A stretch of 32,000 nt of DNA, taken from NCBI GenBank assembly GCA_001430755.1, contig CP013062.1, positions 720,001 through 752,000 on the forward strand. The letters run 5' to 3'. Made by a program: the position numbers and the translations under genes. Source of the DNA: Candidatus Peribacter riflensis. Lineage in GTDB: Bacteria > Patescibacteriota > Gracilibacteria > Peribacterales > Peribacteraceae. The notes under the pieces are model-generated. The model saw nothing but the letters and a program-made list of their open reading frames with translations, made no database searches and was not told the origin of the DNA. This document shows, piece after piece, positions 31,101 to 32,000 of the stretch; position 1 is the stretch's first letter, and each line of letters begins with the position of its first letter.

Positions 31101-31286
31101 ACGGACCAGCGCGCCGGGGGCAATCGTGACCGGCTCCAATTTGGTGACCGTCACCCGAAAGATCACTCCCTGAATCGTCGCTGCCCTCAGCGCCGCATCC
31201 GAATGCACCCTCGTTGCGAGCCACGAGCAGAGTGCAAAGACCACGAGCAGCGAAATGGTGCGCCACGATAGTGATGTGTGCTTCAT
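28101..31286 (-). CDS. Large secreted/surface protein with 12 Myxococcus-type cysteine-rich repeats (DUF4215/TIGR02232-like), DUF11-like modules and a poly-Ser linker
   Basis: 1061 aa. The N-terminal signal/anchor is SLSWRTISLLVVFALCSWLA. There are twelve CGDG-x5-E-Q-C-D-D-G-N-x4-D-x-C-x3-C units arranged 5 + 5 + 2. The Ser-rich linker is about 100 aa. The ~190-aa C-terminal Cys-containing domain is of unknown family. Confidence 0.9.
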   Translation of the reverse strand: MKHTSLSWRTISLLVVFALCSWLATRVHSDAALRAATIQGVIFRVTVTKLEPVTIAPGALVRYEVKVKNITNRLGSATVVARVPNSFVYQGATGWGSTCWSWANGMLYCSALRIDAGKEKTVIASYRIPATFSCAQPSVSFQVTVSGAGATTQTDPLVCTRCGDGITQLTEQCDDGNQVNNDACSNTCLRARCGDSLVQLTEQCDDGNQVDDDACTNACAAPRCGDSILQAGEQCDDGNQIDTDTCSNVCIAARCGDGIRQAAEQCDDGNEVNEDSCSNTCALPRCGDGILQLGEQCDDANTTPKDGCSDRCHVEADLSVPSSNYYRTPREGSAVLRMWIRNSGPGTAKDVMFSMSYGSTASEITFGAVEGCVTSGRSITCRIGDLESRGLRIFSIPVSLSDTVRCGQPGVSVMVIARQTSMDLNYRDDYQFTKIMRDCSLRSSTSSRAISSAQSSFVSQASSALSSESSESSASSAVSSVSSLTSQASSSEHSSASDASSLSSAQSSFHAAASSSESSESVSASSSSAVSVSSVVSSSAVSSSSSQAVCRNGIVEAGEECDDKNSINDDRCTNACRLARCGDGIRQWPDEQCDDGNSDNYDRCPNDCSDPRCGDGVREGLEQCDDGQQNGKKESDCTYQCTLIEVPALCGDGVVQDLLFSMRNEACDDGNTVSGDGCRRNCQREHPELCGNGRVDATEQCDDGNTTEWDGCTNCIRDSLADILSSVPKKIVTGQTATLTIEGLNLQPRADSVVIMIDLKNLTYVAEASDARCKLLGKSSVVCTAPNVASGQKMAVTVGVTSPVAGMYELEASVRSTQRGQKGARILHRFITVEQPGCGNNVVESGEQCDWGPMSNAYCTAQCRLTTAASLCGDGRIEGKEQCDDGNMWNTDGCDNACMKEFFCRTIDLDPRDLATKLYDVQSNITSYRGTCWYRNGNAPVTSDMYTRNTATIGCRQYCSRFGANKYNATAQTWMVQQPDNCKRLYLMYKYSSASFTPAKYNPTPAQISALGTFFNDTYGNPGCGERRTVLQGQTPWSYSASYNPDGYTWGGIVHFCACDN
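29650..29966 (-). repeat. Low-complexity poly-serine coding tract
   Basis: Encodes SSTSSRAISSAQSSFVSQASSALSSESSESSASSAVSS...SSSSSQA within the large surface protein. The antisense strand gives the spurious acidic ORF 29533..29997. Confidence 0.85.
30345..30815 (-). repeat. Tandem ~90-96 nt coding repeats (first block of five Cys-rich repeats)
   Basis: Recurrent plus-strand strings occur at roughly 90-nt spacing. These include aatgccatccccgcaacg (30418, 30511; variants near 30601 and 30690) and (a/g)tcatc(a/g)cactgttc. Confidence 0.8.
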
Positions 31287-31398
31287 GTTGGTGTGTGGAG
31301 GTTCTGTCTATTATTATACAAAAAAATGTCACACATATCAAGTAACCCCGTGTTGCCAATGACTACACAAAAAACCAACTGTGCTACAGTGCCCCCGC

Positions 31399-32000
31399 AT
31401 GTTCTGTCAGCTCCTCCGTTCCTGGCCCCGCACCATTCTGTTGTGCACGTTACTCCTTGCGAGTGTGCCAGCCGTCGCCCAGAGCGACATTCAGAGAGAC
31501 GTTTCGCGACTGCAGTGGCGTTTCGACAGCCTGCTCAAGGCAAAAACTCCCCAGGCCGTCGATCCCATTCAACAGAACATCGAAGCGGAGCGCGCCGCGA
31601 TTCGGTCAGAATTTGAAAAAGAATTTCAAAAGACCATTAAAGACCTGGAGCAGAACCGGACAGAACCCGCAGATCTCGTGCAGGCTCTCGACCGGCAGCG
31701 CACGATCGTTGATGCCATCAGTCAGCGCATCGACGAGGCAAAGGCGGATCTCGCGCTGCTGGAGAATGAAGAATCTTACTACAAAGATATCCAGAAGAGC
31801 GGCACCGGCTCACTGCCATCGGATCAGATCCTGCTGACCAAATCCTACCCGGAACTCCTGGCCAAGAAGGCCATTATGGAGGAACGCCTCGCTGTACTGC
31901 ACGCATTCCAGAAAACCCAGAACGACCGGCTGAATACCCTGAAGCAGGAAGAGCAGGTCCGGGATATCGGCGTGCTCTTCAATATCCTCACGTACCTTGC
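31399..32000 (+). CDS. Secreted coiled-coil protein, 5' partial view (runs off the window)
   Basis: Not in the ORF track because it is open at the window edge. My translation from ATG 31399 is MFCQLLRSWPRTILLCTLLLASVPAVAQ-SDIQRDVSRLQWRFDSLL...QALDRQRTIVDAISQRIDEAKADLALLE..., with no stop up to nt 32000. It has a signal peptide followed by heptad-like helices. Function is unassigned. Confidence 0.65.
   Translation, partial: MFCQLLRSWPRTILLCTLLLASVPAVAQSDIQRDVSRLQWRFDSLLKAKTPQAVDPIQQNIEAERAAIRSEFEKEFQKTIKDLEQNRTEPADLVQALDRQRTIVDAISQRIDEAKADLALLENEESYYKDIQKSGTGSLPSDQILLTKSYPELLAKKAIMEERLAVLHAFQKTQNDRLNTLKQEEQVRDIGVLFNILTYL

Overview
This is a bacterial window with GC-rich coding sequence and AT-rich intergenic regions. 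TGA, TAG and TAA all act as stops, so the genetic code is standard. The gene content (TrmB-type regulators, DUF4215-like surface repeats, a soluble TraD-like ATPase) suggests an uncultivated CPR/Patescibacteria-like genome, but that is inference only.

The left 18 kb is almost entirely transcribed on the minus strand. It is dominated by SEVEN tandem paralogs of a ~550-565 aa cysteine-rich protein with zinc-ribbon ends that I cannot place in any characterised family. All seven end in C-x-x-C-Y-L-(K/Q)-E-(V/I)-Y. Each has homologous N- and C-terminal zinc-ribbon modules. Each also has two internal cysteine ladders in which Cys recurs strictly every third residue or a multiple of three.

Two TrmB-like wHTH regulators are embedded in the array. 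On one side lies a T4SS coupling-protein-like P-loop ATPase, which runs off the window edge and is therefore absent from the ORF track. On the other side lie an M23 peptidase, a thioredoxin-fold CPHC protein and an ArsP/COG0701-type permease. This array is my candidate for the undescribed system.

The right 14 kb is mostly housekeeping:
- Core genes: an SMR transporter, tRNA-Val(CAC), dcd, dnaX, 5-formyl-THF cyclo-ligase and glyA.
- Secreted or surface proteins, including a 1061-aa protein with 12 Myxococcus-type Cys-rich repeats and a poly-Ser linker.
- A low-GC orphan ORF bracketed by an inverted duplicate of the tRNA-Val promoter plus 5' tRNA fragment.
- Heptamer microsatellites and a 22-nt inverted repeat flanking dnaX.

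I saw no CRISPR array, transposase, integrase, reverse transcriptase or rRNA.
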